A DNA stretch of 63,777 nucleotides, the filler included, from Choristocarpus tenellus KU-1152 (Eukaryota > Protista > Phaeophyceae), in the NCBI GenBank assembly GCA_964200185.2. It is 12 parts of 12 records of this genome, joined end to end, with 100 filler letters (N's around TTAATTAATTAA, not from the genome) between each part and the next. Parts side by side here need not be neighbours in the genome. Positions count along the whole stretch, not along the records: positions 45,484 to 55,437 come from CAXNAD020003251.1; positions 55,538 to 58,280 come from CAXNAD020025127.1; positions 58,381 to 63,777 come from CAXNAD020010921.1; 9 more parts are not named here. One strand, 5' to 3'. Positions 48,469 to 60,731 of this stretch are shown in pieces. The translations under genes and the position numbers were made by a program. The notes below the pieces were generated by a model. It worked only from the letters and a program-made list of their open reading frames with translations. It did not search any database and was not told the origin of the DNA. Every line of letters begins with the position of its first letter. Position 1 is the stretch's first letter.

Positions 48469-51400
48469 TCCCGAATACATTTTTAACGACAAACCTCAAT
48501 GGGTGGAGGATGACGGATCTGGGTCGTGGGTTATGTATTTTTCGGGTGCATCGTCAAGGCGTCGCTCCCTGAGCAACTTTGAAGGTTTGTCTTTGGTGCA
48601 GGAGTTTCATAGAATATTGTGACAAGAGAAAGGTTTGCACCTCAAGTTTTGTACTCTGGCCATAGTTAACCTATCACATGTGACTGGTTCTATAATTGAT
48701 GGTGATGGCATGGACTGGCAGGTGTCTTTTCCATTTTCTTGATGAGCTTGTGTTGTATGGTCAAGTGATGTAGAGCAAAGCATGTCCCAAACAATGAATG
48801 CACTGGTTGACTCCTCTCGGTCTACACACCTCCTACACGGTTGGAATTGTGTATAGATCTTTGCTGAGGGCTGACACACACACACACAAACACACACGCA
48901 CATTCATGCATAGATGGACATGCATGTATGATCAACTTGACTTTGTGCATCTGACAGGCCCTAGCTCTCAGAAGAGAGGGTCGACGATCTTCTCTTCGAC
49001 TGAAGCACTGAAGAAAGCAGCGAACCTCACAACCCAAGCGTACTGTACAACTGGAGCCTGGGTCCTTGCAAACTTCCGTACAGACTTCTTCCCTAAGTAC
49101 TTTGTGAGTTCTCCTGTCTGTGATATGTGTGTGTGTGTGTATGTATCTTGTGGCACTGGCTCCTTTATATTTCGACATTCTGTACTTTTTTTTGGTGGCT
49201 TTTGGAAATGGTTTGGGAAATGTGTAATCTTTTGACCAATGAAAATACCTCGGAATTGATGCGGCTAGAATACATGTAGTCACACATATAAATATTTGAA
49301 GCAGAACGAGATGAAGAGTGTAGAAGATGTATGGGTTATGTATTATATTCATTTGTTAGTCTAAATGGTTTAATTAGTCATGTACTCGGTTACAATTATG
49401 CACATTACATGTAAATCGAGGTGACAAGATTATTGAACTAGTGAGGAACCCTGTAGGTGGCGAAAAGGTTAGGGTGTTTTTGTTTCTGGCTTGTTTTTTT
49501 CTGCCGAGCACATTTGATTGATGCTGAGAGGTTTTAGCGCTTGATTTTCCAGAAGATTAAAAGGGGGTGATGTCAGCGAATGATTTTGATAATATATTCG
49601 TTGTATTCACTGCAGCGTAGTACTTGTTAGTGTTGTCTTATCCATTTGTGTTTACACCATACTGCTGAATCTACCCCGTATTGGACTCCTGTAATCTTCA
49701 GGTGGTCAAAGTTTTGTCTATTTTGATTATGTTTAATTTTCCATTTTTAGTCAGGCTTCTTGAGGAGAGTCAAGGAGCTAGGGCCTTGGTGCGCTAGGCT
49801 GCCCGTGCTTAATTGTTCTGTACTAGGCAATATTACTAGTTGTGTCCAAGCTGCTCTCGAAATTGGTGGCATGCTCCGATTTTTGCTTTCATCTATTCAG
49901 GGATGTTGGCCTTGATTGCGCTGTGGACTCTCAGTGCATCTTTGAGGTCCACTCGTATATCGCGGATAAAAGGGACAAGAAGAGGTGCTGCCATATATGT
50001 GTCACCCTCTAGAATTTCATCTGTGCATTGATGATGGGGTAAAGTAAATATGTTAGCAGACTTCGTTCCTGAGTGTTACAAAACAGTAGTGCTGTGAATT
50101 GAAATGTACGGCTGAAATTGAATCAGCTTGATTGATTGAAGTGTTGGCGCATGAAGCGATGTGCTGCAGTGTGAGGCAAAAGTATTAACTTTGAAGTCTC
50201 CACAGGTCTCAGGCAGATCTGAAGCCATCAATGTGGTGTGAGTTGAGGATAGTGACACTTTGTGATGAATGCACTTGGTTGTGTTGTTCTCTGAACGTTC
50301 AATCACACTTCTACTTGAATTGAAATGAAAACATGTACTACAATTTTTCAGTTCATTTGTCAATTTATTCTCAATCAGGTGGGGACTGAGACTGATTGAA
50401 CTTTCACGGTTTGTTATACCAAAAGAGGAGTGAAAGTGTCTTGGAGGGTAGGAGTTTTGGACTGTTTGTCCATTCGGGACTTGGCTTCCCATGTCTTTTT
50501 TATGACATTTTGCTAGTCCAAAATATTTCGGAGTAGGTAAAATGTGTATGTTAGGAAAGGGTGTGTCTGGAGCGAGGATACTGATACTTCCTGACGAACA
50601 CAATAGCTAAAATTAGCTCAAAATTGAACATTGGATTTTGGGCCTGAAATGGACGCGGATCTACCCTCCAAGATAATTAGACTCAGACTTCAATTGAAAA
50701 AGGTTGCCACATCAAGTGTTGTAAATGGCAGTTATGTCTTATTTTTCCACACGACAACTACTATGGTAAGACTCAAGTGTTTCTGAAGTAGTGCTATTTT
50801 CCTCAATTCATGAATAGAAGTGATAACATTGGGGATTTCCACCAGGCTGGCCAATTGTTATTTTGTTGTGATCCATACCTGTGGGCGGGACGGGGTCTTA
50901 CCCCACTATCATGTCCAGACCATGTCCACTAGGTATTGCAACATTCCATGTCTGCCAGCTGGACAGGTGCCTAACATTCTCTGACATGTCTGGACCATGT
51001 CTGCTTGCCAGTATACCTTTGTCCTGGCATGTTAGGACGATGTCCATTTTGTGGTAGTCCAACTGCCAATATTGTTTGGCCGGTCCACTCTGATAATGAA
51101 AAATGTGTATAAAGTATCAAAGGTTAAGTTGCATGTACGAAGCAGATAGTACTTGGTACTCTCTCTGATAATATCTGGACTTTCTTGGTTCATGGTAGAT
51201 TACATATCCACATGTGCCACGACAAAGTCAGGAGGCATGTATACATGGAAATTATGTACTACATGGGAACATCTTTCAAAACATGTTTGAAGTAATTGCT
51301 TAATTTTCCACATTCAATATAGATGATAACTTTCTAAACATTAACTTAAACACACTTTTCGGTTCTTAGGCTCACTGCAGATTTTGAAAAGTCTTTTTTT

Positions 51401-54400
51401 GTCAGGCGATCTTATTGTGTGTAAACATATTCCAGATACTCAACACCATTTTTTTTGAGGGGGGGGATGAAATAATACCCAATATCCGCAAACTCCTAAA
51501 TATGGACTCTGTAAATACGGCCCGTCATCAACGTAACTTCTTAAGGCCGAAGAAGGCCCTGTACTGGCACAGTGCACGGATGGCATTGTGTTTTCACGCA
51601 AGGCTTGAATTATGCCATATTTTTGATCTAAGGTCAATGCACTCATTTCTGTGCACTGCAGTCCGAGAACAGTGTAAATCACAATGAAGAATTGCCTTGA
51701 AGATAAACTGGTTGGTTGGGGAGAAGGTCAAAGAAGGTCCAATACACTCACGGTGAAGAGATAAGAGTGAGTTAGATGAAAACCATCCTCTATGCCAGAG
51801 CTACCGTTGGAGCCATGCAGCGCTTCAACTTCTGGACCACACCCAAGAGCGATGCAAATCACAATAAAAAACGACCTAAGGTTGATTTCAGAACTGAGAG
51901 GAGGGCTGAAGAAGGGCTCTATCTGTACAGTGTACAGATCACAATGCACCTAAGCACGCTGCTTTCACTGAAGATGTTTATTTTGAGCTGTACAACACTC
52001 AAATACTGCACCACAGATCAAGAATAGCACAACTTGGGCTAAAACACCACCTCATATCTGAACTGGGAGTTGAGCCCTCGACGCCAGAGACGATTCTCCA
52101 CCTTTTCAGCTCCAAAATGCGCACCACATGGTCTAACGAGCCCGCAATGGCATCGCAAAACAATCCAGAAGTTGTAACACACTGATCATTTGCGTATGTA
52201 GTGCTGTATCTGAGTGGAGGTTCATTTGTTTGAGATGTGAGGTTCAAATGTGTATAAATGTTTCCTTCCAAGATTTGAGTGCAGGTATGAATTAGTTTGT
52301 GCAGAGAACTTGAGGTTTCTGTTTAAGAGAGACATAACAGTTGAGTTTAGAGGAAGTGGACTGGAGATGTCAAATACTGCCAAACGTTGTCCTAAGTTAC
52401 AGAGGAGTGAAGTCTTTGCATTCTCAGCCACAGCAGAAGGCTCCCAATACAGACTGATACCATGTACAAGACATCTTGGTTAGTCCCACGATATAGTGTC
52501 TTGACACATGGACGCCTGATGGTCAGATGTGTTAAAAATATCATGAAGTAATGCTGAGAAATATTTCACAAGGGCTGGCATGTAGACGAGCCCAGTTGAA
52601 ATCCCTTCACAATTTAGACTGGTGCCCTTAAAATAAACAATACAATGCCCTGAAAAATTGTAGCCTAAGAACCTTTGTCCACCAACAGTCTGGGCGAGAG
52701 GGGAATGGGGTTGAGATCTGTCTCCAAATATCACTTGGTGGGACCACCTGTCTTTAGATCTATATCACTGGGTGGTACAGGACAAGCAAGGATTTGTTTA
52801 TGTGCTTCTCTGTAACGTTTTTTGGGCCAAAAGGAAGATTTAGCCCTTTGAGCAGGGAATTTGTTTGTTGACGTAAAGAAGAAAGGTAGCAGGAAATAAT
52901 AACACGTTGATGAGCACTTCTAGCCGGCAATCTGAGATTCGCATGTACTCTGTAACCGGCAGTGATTGGGACTGTAGTGCAGGATGTGCATTGAGGTTTC
53001 TTTGTTAATGAAATTGATGTCCCCAAGACTTACATAAATGACTAGATTAATTCCTTACTGTGCGGGACAGGTTTTATATGAAGTAAGGTAGGTGAAAGGA
53101 GGATTGAACATCCAAGCCCAAAGGGGAATCCTTGCCACAGAATCGATCCTATTCTGAGAATGGCTAATCCCAGATTGTTTCCTGCAATGCTTCCTATTCC
53201 TCAACTCTTCCATATTCTATTTCTTGAACCCAAACATATATCTTCTATTCTTGGGAATGCAAACATTTCTCGTTATCCTTGTATTATTTCTTTTACAGAA
53301 TCTCCTTTTACACATGAAAAAGAAGCTTATTCTTGACAGTCTTTGATACATTTATGTATGTATCTGTTCTTGTATGTGATGCATCTCGTGTCTTAACTCA
53401 GAGGACAACACAGATAGGACTTGTCTATGTATACCAGAATGAGGTTGGTTGTGATTATTTTCAGTCCCACGATAGCGACTGAGTTAGTTCTTGATGTCTG
53501 TCATTGAATGTTTTGTGTCTAATTGTGCGAAAGAGAATATTTGTATTAATTACATTGGTTGCGATGTTGAATAAACGTTTCGAAATTTGTTCAGTGACCA
53601 AAATGAAGCGACAAATATGTGACAGTCAAGCTGTTGGTCATGAGAAGCAGGATCAATTTCGTAGTTATGTAGAAAGTCATGATTGAATTTTCATGTGGGT
53701 GGTCCTGCAAAATATTAGAACGACAATATCACCCCCTTTCCATTTTTCCACACCCTGTGCCATGTACTTGCTTTATATGCAGCACATAAAGTCGTGAACA
53801 TTCTTTCCCCTCTTGTCCTCAACATCACACACCTGTGCCAATGTGTATGTTCCCTTCAGGTGTTTGACTGTGCAAATGACCCCTCTCTCGTCAGTAGTAC
53901 CAATCCATGGTTTAGCTGTGACGATGAGAATTGCACCTCAAGTTCGGCAATCGTTAATCCAACTCTGGAATGTGACACAAATACGGCAAGTATTGTACCT
54001 ACACCCGTGCCATCTGGAATATTGACTCCTTCACCCTCCAATCTCGTAACATCTCAGCCTGTTGGGCGGGGTATAGGTACACCGGGACCATCATCTGGAG
54101 GAAACCAAGGTGTGCAAAGCTATTACCTTTGAAATACCCTCTTGAAAAGTAAACGTTTGTGTGTTTTTGTGATAAAATATGCCTTTTTGTCTCTCGTACA
54201 AATACTATGGTAATGGCCAGCAGTGGTACTACACTTCATTCAACGAATTATTTTCTGCTGCATCTGGGTGGCATGCTGCTGTTGCTAAGCGGCTCTGGGT
54301 AAAAGAACTATAGTGTAAGTCACGAAAGAGAAACTTCGGTCGCTGCCTTAATTTGATTGTTGATGATCTTTTTTGGTACACAGTTAACCCTTTGAGGGAA

Positions 54401-54547
54401 AAATAGCTTTAAGTTATTTTAGATTTCACGATGGGTGTAATGCTTTTGTGACACAACCTGAAGTACTGATGGTATCACTCTCCTGATATTTGGAACACAA
54501 CTTTGGATATCTCCAATTTTACAGCATGTGGGGCCAAGAATAACAAG
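48469..54547 (+). CDS. Four exons (48469-48584, 48958-49103, 53860-54109, 54525-54547) of a Cys-containing, Ser/Thr/Pro-rich, probably extracellular protein
   Basis: Each has AG/GT boundaries and the phases chain (1,0,1) into one frame: PEYIFNDKPQW..SNFE-GPSSQ..FFPKYF-VFDCANDP..NPWFSC..PTPVPS..NQ-ACGAKNNK. Confidence 0.7.
50428..50684 (-). mobile_element. MITE family A full-length copy in a 4.7-kb intron
   Basis: GAGTGAAAGTGTCTTGGAGGGTA ... TACCCTCCAAGATAATTAGACTC; flanks AGAG/AGAC. Confidence 0.87.
52200..53030 (-). pseudogene. Decayed LINE reverse transcriptase relic (intronic)
   Basis: Collinear degenerate motifs GTSISL (RGISL), ARS (GFR..RS), IDLK (IDL.KAYD) and EGISTGLVYMPALVKYF (G..QG..LSP.LFN.F). 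Confidence 0.4.
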
Positions 54548-57468
54548 GTAAGGAGAGGAATGGAACATAGTGTGAATAGCAGTATTTCTATCTCTGAATG
54601 TGTTCTTTTATGTGCTATTGTGCAACCAGCGTTGGTTTGATATACACCCTGTCATGCGACCCAACCTTGTAACCCTTTGGTATATTGCTGGACTCTTTGA
54701 CCACTTCTTGTTGTAAATTAATTGTGTACCATGTTTGGTGTATCGAGGATTTCACAATGGTCTTGTAAATATGTTGATGGCGGTTTTTATGTTTGAAGTG
54801 TTTGCTTAAGTCAAGTGGATGTTCTCCATCGAAGGACATCATTATAAGACGTTTGTTCGGGACAAATTGCAGTTCCTGCAATATAAATCTCACCAGCTTA
54901 CTCTACAAGCACTCATTAATGCACTGCAGGTGGAAGCTCTTCATCAAATTCAAATGTAATTATCTTCACATCAGTGGGTGGAGGGCTGGCTCTTTTTGCG
55001 GTTGGGCTAGTAGCTTGTGTCCTCCTCATGAAAAAATCGAAGACTCGCGAATCTGAACCTGGTGAGAATTACTATGGGCGTTGTCTTTGTCATTTCTTAT
55101 TTTCACTGGTGTACATCTTTGCCCTCCAAATGAAACCTTGGAAATGTTAGATTGACATCGTTTCGAGTATGGAAAGTGATGATTCAAGCTAGGTTGTGTT
55201 TTTTAGATCTTATTGTCCAGTGTCTCTTAGTGTGTAATTGCTGCTTGCTTGGATTAGAGCAACTACTAGATCCTTGCTTTAATTTTATTTTTACGGTGAT
55301 ATTCTGGTGCGTTTGGAGTGTCAGTATTTCTTCAATTTCGTGGCAAATACGGGTCTAGTGTCCACTGCCACAGTAACTCTAGCTCCAGCCCTAACCTCGC
55401 CCCCTTGCGAACCTGATGCATCATCATACATCTCACCNNNNNNNNNNNNNNNNNNNNNNNNNNNNNNNNNNNNNNNNNNNNTTAATTAATTAANNNNNNN
55501 NNNNNNNNNNNNNNNNNNNNNNNNNNNNNNNNNNNNNCCTCGTTTGGAGTTGCCTTTTTTTTTTTTTTCTCTTTCTTTAATCTTCCCACCCCCCCCCCCC
55601 CCCCCCCCCCCGCCAACTGAACTGCCACACTGACTACAGTACAACTTCACCTTGCCTCCCAAGGAACCCAAATACACTGCATACCCTTTCCTGCCCTTGT
55701 CCTTCGTCCTGTCTATCCTCTCTGTCATGTTGTCGTATACTGGGCTTGGGTGGCGGCGGCGGGGGGGGGGGGATTGTTAGGTCGAGGATGCCCAGCAACA
55801 GCTGAAAGCACTGCTGGGGTCAACCGTGAAAGGGCTTGAGGAAACAAGAAACAGTGCATCAGAAAACTTGTGTCTTGTGGAGGAAAATTGTCGTGTCCTG
55901 GACTCTCGTATGGCTGCCCTGGCTGGATGGCCCATGTCAACATGATTTGCAGCGTGGTGTTTTGCTGAATAGGGTGGTGGTGGTAGATGCAGTACATGAT
56001 TAGAGCCCGGATTAGACTGATATTGTCAGGTTGCATTGGGGACGGATGACAAAGGAGGGTTCTAGTTGTTTTGATTGAGGTGTATGGCTGGTTGTGTGTG
56101 CGTATATGTGTGTTGGGGGGGGGGGGGCAACCTGATGGGAGATCCTTTTTTTCTTTCTTGACTTCAGTATTTCAAGCTAGGTACACTTTAATGAAGAAGG
56201 GATATAGGGGAAAGTGTAGAATAGTCTTGCTTTTGAGGGTTCTGAATATTTTTTTATTGCTTTCCCGTCATTTTTGAATGGGGGAGACTAATTTTTTTTT
56301 ACCATAGGAAGTGGCGTATGTACTTCTAGAGAGCAGGGTGTACATACATATACAAGGTCGCTTTGACAGCCTCAGGTCTCTCACATCCAGAAGCAACACA
56401 CTTTTGTATGGGCCATATATATATGGGTTTAAATTGTGTGCTGTTTACTGTTTATCTCCCTTTTTTTTATTCGAGGGCATATTTTTTTTTCTGGTGCCTG
56501 TCTGGGGTACCTACAAAGAGGTCCTGCCAATGTGTGCGCAAAACCCAAAACGAGGCGTGTTGTTGGTCGAGTTGATAATACTTATTGATGTGTCCTTGGA
56601 AGTCACCACAGTGTTGGCTGAATCTGAATGAGGTTCAGTGTCAACAGGAGTGATGAGTGTGTAAAGTGCAAAGCTTATCAGTCCAGGGTAGTTAACGTAT
56701 TTGTTTTGCATACTTTGGTGGTGACTGTGTGGTAGTTCTGTAGATGGAGCAATCGTTGTGTCTTTTGTGCCTCAATAACAGTGTTCATTGAATTTTTGTG
56801 AGAAAGAAATATTCCTTGGCATTGACGTGATAGGTGTGGTTGCATGTACCTACTTCCCTCCCCCGTTCTCCGTGATTGAAACCGTTTTTGAATTGATCAT
56901 CCAAAATTAGAAACCTACACAATAGTTGACATCTTAGGGATGCCAAAAAGATAAAACAAAACGCCTTCATGAAATAAAGACAAGATGGGTAGGTGTGCAA
57001 GCAAACCTCTGTCGAAGCAACTGGGCTTGAATAACATACCAGTCTGGGCAGTTTAACCTACTTTGTCTCTAATCAAAACCCCCCCTCTCTCATACAGCAG
57101 TATGTGTGTGTGGGAGGTTCAGACTCAGGGAGAGGCTTAAAACACCCCAACACTGATTGTGTTGGTGCTGCGCTACTGTGTGTGCCTATCTTGGCATCTC
57201 CAACCCCTTCCTTAAACAATCTGCTCCACACATGACTTTGTTAATCGTGGAAGTCAATTGTTCTCTCAATCAACACTCAACACAGCTTCCACAAAATGTA
57301 GTTTTTTTGCACACACATGCAAAATACCACATAAAACAGATAGGTCACTGGGCAGCAGTAGCTTGCCAGTAGCTTGGATTCGTCCTTCTTGAGATGGGAC
57401 TGCAAGCCGTCATGTAAGTGGTCCTGACAACGTGGACATTGGTTGGTTCTGTAAGAATCAAAGTTTGC

Positions 57469-57737
57469 GATTCAAAGCAAACGAGAGGTATCCAGGGTGT
57501 GCATTTTAAGGATGCTGGCAACTGTGCAAAGTTTGGCCCATTGTACAAATGCGTAGAGAGGCTTTTCTGGATTATGTCAAAGACTTTCAAGCAAGAGAGA
57601 AAACGTTTGTTCTCAAGTCAATTTCTTCGCACTTCATCCATAGAAAAATAAAAATATGGTGAATTGCAAAAGATGAAAAAAAAGGGTGGCTTGAAATGCG
57701 GAACGACCAAAAACTGGGCACCTCTTTGCTTTAGCTC
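57469..57737. mobile_element. MITE family C, copy 2
   Basis: GATTCAAAGCAAACGAGAGGTATCCAG ... CTGGGCACCTCTTTGCTTTAGCTC; interior similar to 62606-62832. Confidence 0.72.
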
Positions 57738-58139
57738 TCAGTGGTGTTTTGTTTTACCCTATGTTGATGGGATTTTTATGACGAACACACCCAGACAGTC
57801 AAAGAAAACGTACAGTGTCTGTTTGTTCAGCTAGGTGTTGGTTGGAGTGCTTATTTCCCAAAATACCAGTAATACAACAGTCTGTATTGTCTTTGCTGCA
57901 GGGGTTACAAAGGAGGCTACTTCTTTGTTCATCTGACTTTTGTCATAAAAGCATGTTGTTCACATGCAAGAAACCAAACATTGCAGACAGCGACAAAGAC
58001 TACCTGAGACGGAGACACCGAAAAAACTGTTCGATTCAATTGTTACAAGGTGTCGTTTTGTCAACAATAATAGTGTATTCCATCACACTATTGCGGCTAA
58101 AACAGCGGATCAAGAGAATGGCAGATGGATCATTTCATC

Positions 58140-58280
58140 ATGGAGGATGGATTTTTCCCAAAATGGTGCGCGGAAAGTGCCCATATGTTTTTTCTTTAAG
58201 GGCCCCTTTTTGAATGGGAATCCATGCCAAAACATATGGGCACTTTCCACGCACCATTTTGGGAAAAATCCATCCTCCAT
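58140..58280. repeat. Family D foldback: 52-bp inverted arms, 37-bp spacer
   Basis: 58140-58191 and 58229-58280 are reverse complements with one mismatch; the right arm runs to the contig end. Confidence 0.88.
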
Positions 58281-58380
58281 NNNNNNNNNNNNNNNNNNNN
58301 NNNNNNNNNNNNNNNNNNNNNNNNTTAATTAATTAANNNNNNNNNNNNNNNNNNNNNNNNNNNNNNNNNNNNNNNNNNNN

Positions 58381-58438
<58 letters not shown>

Positions 58439-60473
58439 GGCACTGTTGTGAGATAAAATGCAGACAATAATCCTATTCTTTCAAGGTTTGCATTGGATTA
58501 TGGTGGTATACTCCGAGAAGGGGGACAGGGCCACGAGAGATCCGGGGGAAAAGGACATCTTTTTCTGCTGTCTGCCAAAGAGTATTTGTTGACCTTGCAA
58601 TGCCTATTTAATTGTGTTTTTTCCCACTCTCTCCACCACAACAGGAATGTAACGAGGGGTTGCCAAATGCAACCGATGCAACCACACCTATTTTACATGC
58701 ACTATTTTTTATCATTCGTCTCTACATCAGGAACATTGCTGAATTGGTTCACTTACTACCTTTCTGTAGCGGGATGTACTGGTTAATGTGGTACAAATGT
58801 GTGAGGACCCAACCTTGTGTCCATGAAATAGATTACTGTTTATTAGTAGATAGAACTAGCTGTTGGTGAGGTAATAGCTAGGTGCTGCATACTCTGGAGG
58901 GCATGATAAATGATAAGTATACATTACTACCTAATTGAGAGGTTCCCCCCCCCCCCCTTCTTTAAATGAATAATATATGTATCCACTGCTACACTGAACA
59001 TATGTATGAGATCCATTAGTGCTACTTTGGTACAAAATAGGATAAGGTAAAAAAAAAAGAAACACTGGTTAAGATCAGAACACAGAGTTCATGTTGCCTC
59101 AACAAAAGCATGGTGAATTGAGAGGCCAAATATTAATTTAACACTGCAACAAACCACACTCAATTAGACCAGGCATACTGAGGTAATACCCTGATACACA
59201 TGGCAAACAGAGTGGCAAAACGTGGTGTTGGAGGGGACCTTTCACCTACATTACTTCACTCAAGAACATGAGATCAAATGATTTAATCATGAAGTTTGCC
59301 AACAAAACTGTTTAAGCTGTTCATTGACTTTGGGGAGATAAAGCAACCAGGTAACACCGAGATTGGGTGGATTATCTGAAAGTCATTTTCAACGCAGAAA
59401 ATAATTAACCTGAAAATGAACGACACGTAGGTATCTTATGAATCCGCACCTCTACTCTGCTAGGAAGGTGTGCATGTTGCTAGGGGCAGGGGGGTATGGG
59501 AGTGTTTCTCAAATATTGCATGTGGCCTTCTCTGAACTTAATAAGAGCAGGAAGCATGATTCAGGAAGGTAAGAAACACACGTTCTAATGATCTATGATG
59601 GCAAAGTGTGCCTGTTGGCAGGTTGCATGCATTGAATATCAACAATTTCGTAGCTTTGCTCTTACTCATTGTAACGGTGCTTAAGTATTATCATTTCTGC
59701 CCCAAAGGTAAGCATTGCCAAACCTGGGATTATGCGCCACTTTTATCCCTCAACTCTAAGAAGAGTAAATACCCTCTAGTAAACAATGTTGCGAAACAGT
59801 TGAATCCTGTCTATGTTGTGTTTTGGACCCACACTCAGAGGATGCAAATCCTGCGGCGAAAGAAGATGTGCACATCACATAACAAAATCAACGAACAATG
59901 CACCACAATCACCACTAAAAACATGCCGCGGCATGTTCCCCGCATGTCCTTTCAGCAGGACCGGACCAAAATACCTCTAGAATACGAAAGCACAAAAACC
60001 CAGCCAACATTCCGCAGTGCAACGCTACATGAGCAACCAGCCCAATAAGAGAAAAAAGCCAACCGCCCGACATCAATGTGGGGACGGGGGCATTTGGGAA
60101 ACTGCTCAGACAAAATGGACCAGATATGCGACAAAGGCCTCTCGGGGATCCTCTCCCCCAGAACCGGCGACACACATCATGGCTCCTCTACTGTAAATAT
60201 AACTTATTCGTAATGGGGGTAAACACCCTTCCCCCAAGTCTCAAATCCCACCTCACACCACACAGTATTTCCACGAAGGAATACATTTAAAACATGAAGG
60301 CGTTAAGGCGTCACTAGCCAGCAGCTTCTCTAAAAGCAGGGCTCATAACCACTCTTTCCACACAAACAGTACCACACATCCCAACACTGAACCACGTCCT
60401 ACAAAGCGACTACTCAGATGTTGATTCCTCTCCTTGGAACAAGGGGAACTCAACGCAACAAAAATATGAGAAG

Positions 60474-60731
60474 TCACGATCCCCATCCGCTGCACCAGTC
60501 CTCGATCAGGACTCCCCTGGCGATCTCCCGCAGTTCGGCTGGGCTAGACCATAGCTTGCTGCGTTCTGCTTCGGCCACCCTCTCGATGTCGTACACTGTG
60601 GTGATGTCGCTGAAGCTCACACGCTTTTTATGACGTCCCCCCTTGCGACTTCTCATCCCATCTACATTTTGCCAGAAAGCGGCCAGCGTAGCTGTAGCGC
60701 ATGCCAAGACAAGAGCAACCTCTCCCCTCAT
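60474..60731 (-). CDS. Small protein or exon with hydrophobic N-terminus and KKRVSF (RVxF) motif
   Basis: MRGEVALVLACATATLAAFW..KKRVSFSDITTVYDI..LWSSPAELREI; GC-rich island in AT-rich surroundings. Confidence 0.5.
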   Translation of the reverse strand: MRGEVALVLACATATLAAFWQNVDGMRSRKGGRHKKRVSFSDITTVYDIERVAEAERSKLWSSPAELREIARGVLIEDWCSGWGS

